A stretch of DNA of 64,000 nucleotides, taken from NCBI RefSeq assembly GCF_001194135.2, contig NC_068994.1, forward strand, positions 21,431,628 to 21,495,627. Reading direction: 5' to 3'. Positions 62,585 to 64,000 of this stretch are shown one piece after another; position 1 is the stretch's first letter, and each line of letters begins with the position of its first letter. This stretch comes from Octopus bimaculoides. Taxonomy: Eukaryota. Below the pieces are notes generated by a model. The model saw nothing but the letters and a program-made list of their open reading frames with translations. It made no database searches and was not told where the DNA came from. A program made the position numbers and the translations under genes.

Positions 62585-63644
62585 NNNNNNNNNNNNNNNN
62601 NNNNNNNNNNNNNNNNNNNNNNNNNNNNNNNNNNNNNNNNNNNNNNNNNNNNNNNNNNNNNNNNNNNNNNNNNNNNNNNNNNNNNNNNNNNNNNNNNNNN
62701 NNNNNNNNNNNNNNNNNNNNNNNNNNNNNNNNNNNNNNNNNNNNNNNNNNNNNNNNNNNNNNNNNNNNNNNNNNNNNNNNNNNNNNNNNNNNNNNNNNNN
62801 NNNNNNNNNNNNNNNNNNNNNNNNNNNNNNNNNNNNNNNNNNNNNNNNNNNNNNNNNNNNNNNNNNNNNNNNNNNNNNNNNNNNNNNNNNNNNNNNNNNN
62901 NNNNNNNNNNNNNNNNNNNNNNNNNNNNNNNNNNNNNNNNNNNNNNNNNNNNNNNNNNNNNNNNNNNNNNNNNNNNNNNNNNNNNNNNNNNNNNNNNNNN
63001 NNNNNNNNNNNNNNNNNNNNNNNNNNNNNNNNNNNNNNNNNNNNNNNNNNNNNNNNNNNNNNNNNNNNNNNNNNNNNNNNNNNNNNNNNNNNNNNNNNNN
63101 NNNNNNNNNNNNNNNNNNNNNNNNNNNNNNNNNNNNNNNNNNNNNNNNNNNNNNNNNNNNNNNNNNNNNNNNNNNNNACATACACACACACACACACACA
63201 TATACATACCCTCTCTCTCTCTCACTCTTCCTCCTTGACCCTTGTCATTGACACATGACGAAAGGGGGATCTTTCTTTCTGTCCACTTCCTTCCTAAAGA
63301 AAAGACGTGCCTTTCCTGTCTTCTCTCATGGCTCATCTACCTAGCGTTCATAGTAATTTTTTTTATCGTCTTGGCTCAACAAGCCTTCGAAATGCGAAGT
63401 AGATGAAACAGGGACAACTGACGAAGGGGTATACTCATTATGTTGCATGTCACGTTTCTCTGTTTGTGTTTTTCGTTGTTCGAAAAAAAGTTCGTTTTCT
63501 ATGTTTTTGTTTCTCACTGTGTTCAACGTTTTTTTTTATGTACTGTACCCATATATGCATGTATATATACATATATATGTAGGTATGTACATATATATAT
63601 GGATATATGCATATATTTATATATTGTTTATATTTTTATATATA

Positions 63645-64000
63645 CTCTTTTACTCTTTTACTTGTTTCAGTCATTTGACTGTGGCCATGCTGGACCACCG
63701 CCTTTTAGTCAAGCTAATCGACCCCAGGACTTATTCTTAGTAAGCCTAGTACTTATTCTATCGGTCTCTTTTGCCAAACTGCTAAGTGACGGGGACATAA
63801 ACACACCAGCATCGGTTGTCAAGCAATGCTAGGGGGACAAACACAGACACACAAACACACATATATATACATATATACGACGGGCTTCTTTCAGTTTCCG
63901 TCTACCAAATCCACTCACAAGGCTTTGGTTGGCCCGAGGCTATAGTAGAAGACACTTGCCCAAGATGCCATGCAGTGGGACTGAACCCGGTACCATGTGG
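63645..64000 (-). mobile_element. Near-complete tRNA-derived SINE (3' half, central microsatellite, 5' half cut by window end)
   Basis: Both halves seen separately elsewhere are contiguous here, separated by (TA/CA)n at about 63840-63877. Confidence 0.9.

Overview
AT-rich, repeat-dense animal genomic DNA with many assembly gaps. The SINE, RTE and microsatellite repertoire suggests a cephalopod (octopus-like) genome; this is an inference. The only host coding sequence I can support is one large minus-strand exon (9021->7162, 620 codons, ending at a GTAAGT donor). It encodes the Q/S/N/H-rich, prion-like N-terminal half of a CPEB2/3/4 (Orb2-type) translational regulator. The RRM/ZZ exons are not in the window and presumably lie left of position 1. 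Most of the remainder appears to be intron or upstream sequence filled with decayed mobile elements: CR1/L2-group, RTE, R4/Dong-like and HERO LINEs, many Penelope-like elements, Tc1/mariner and Tigger remnants, Helitron pieces, a Gypsy remnant, tRNA-derived SINEs and MITEs. Highlights are (1) a Mutator-like element with tandem-repeat TIRs and a 9-bp TSD that encloses two fused, unrelated RLE retrotransposon fragments about 0.4-0.55 kb upstream of the CPEB exon; (2) a core-intact hammerhead ribozyme motif on the CPEB strand; (3) two TE-poor, CpG-retaining blocks that may be alternative CPEB promoters; (4) a hairpin family enclosing TTAGGG-like repeats. Family assignments come from recalled motifs, not database searches, and most TE boundaries are approximate.
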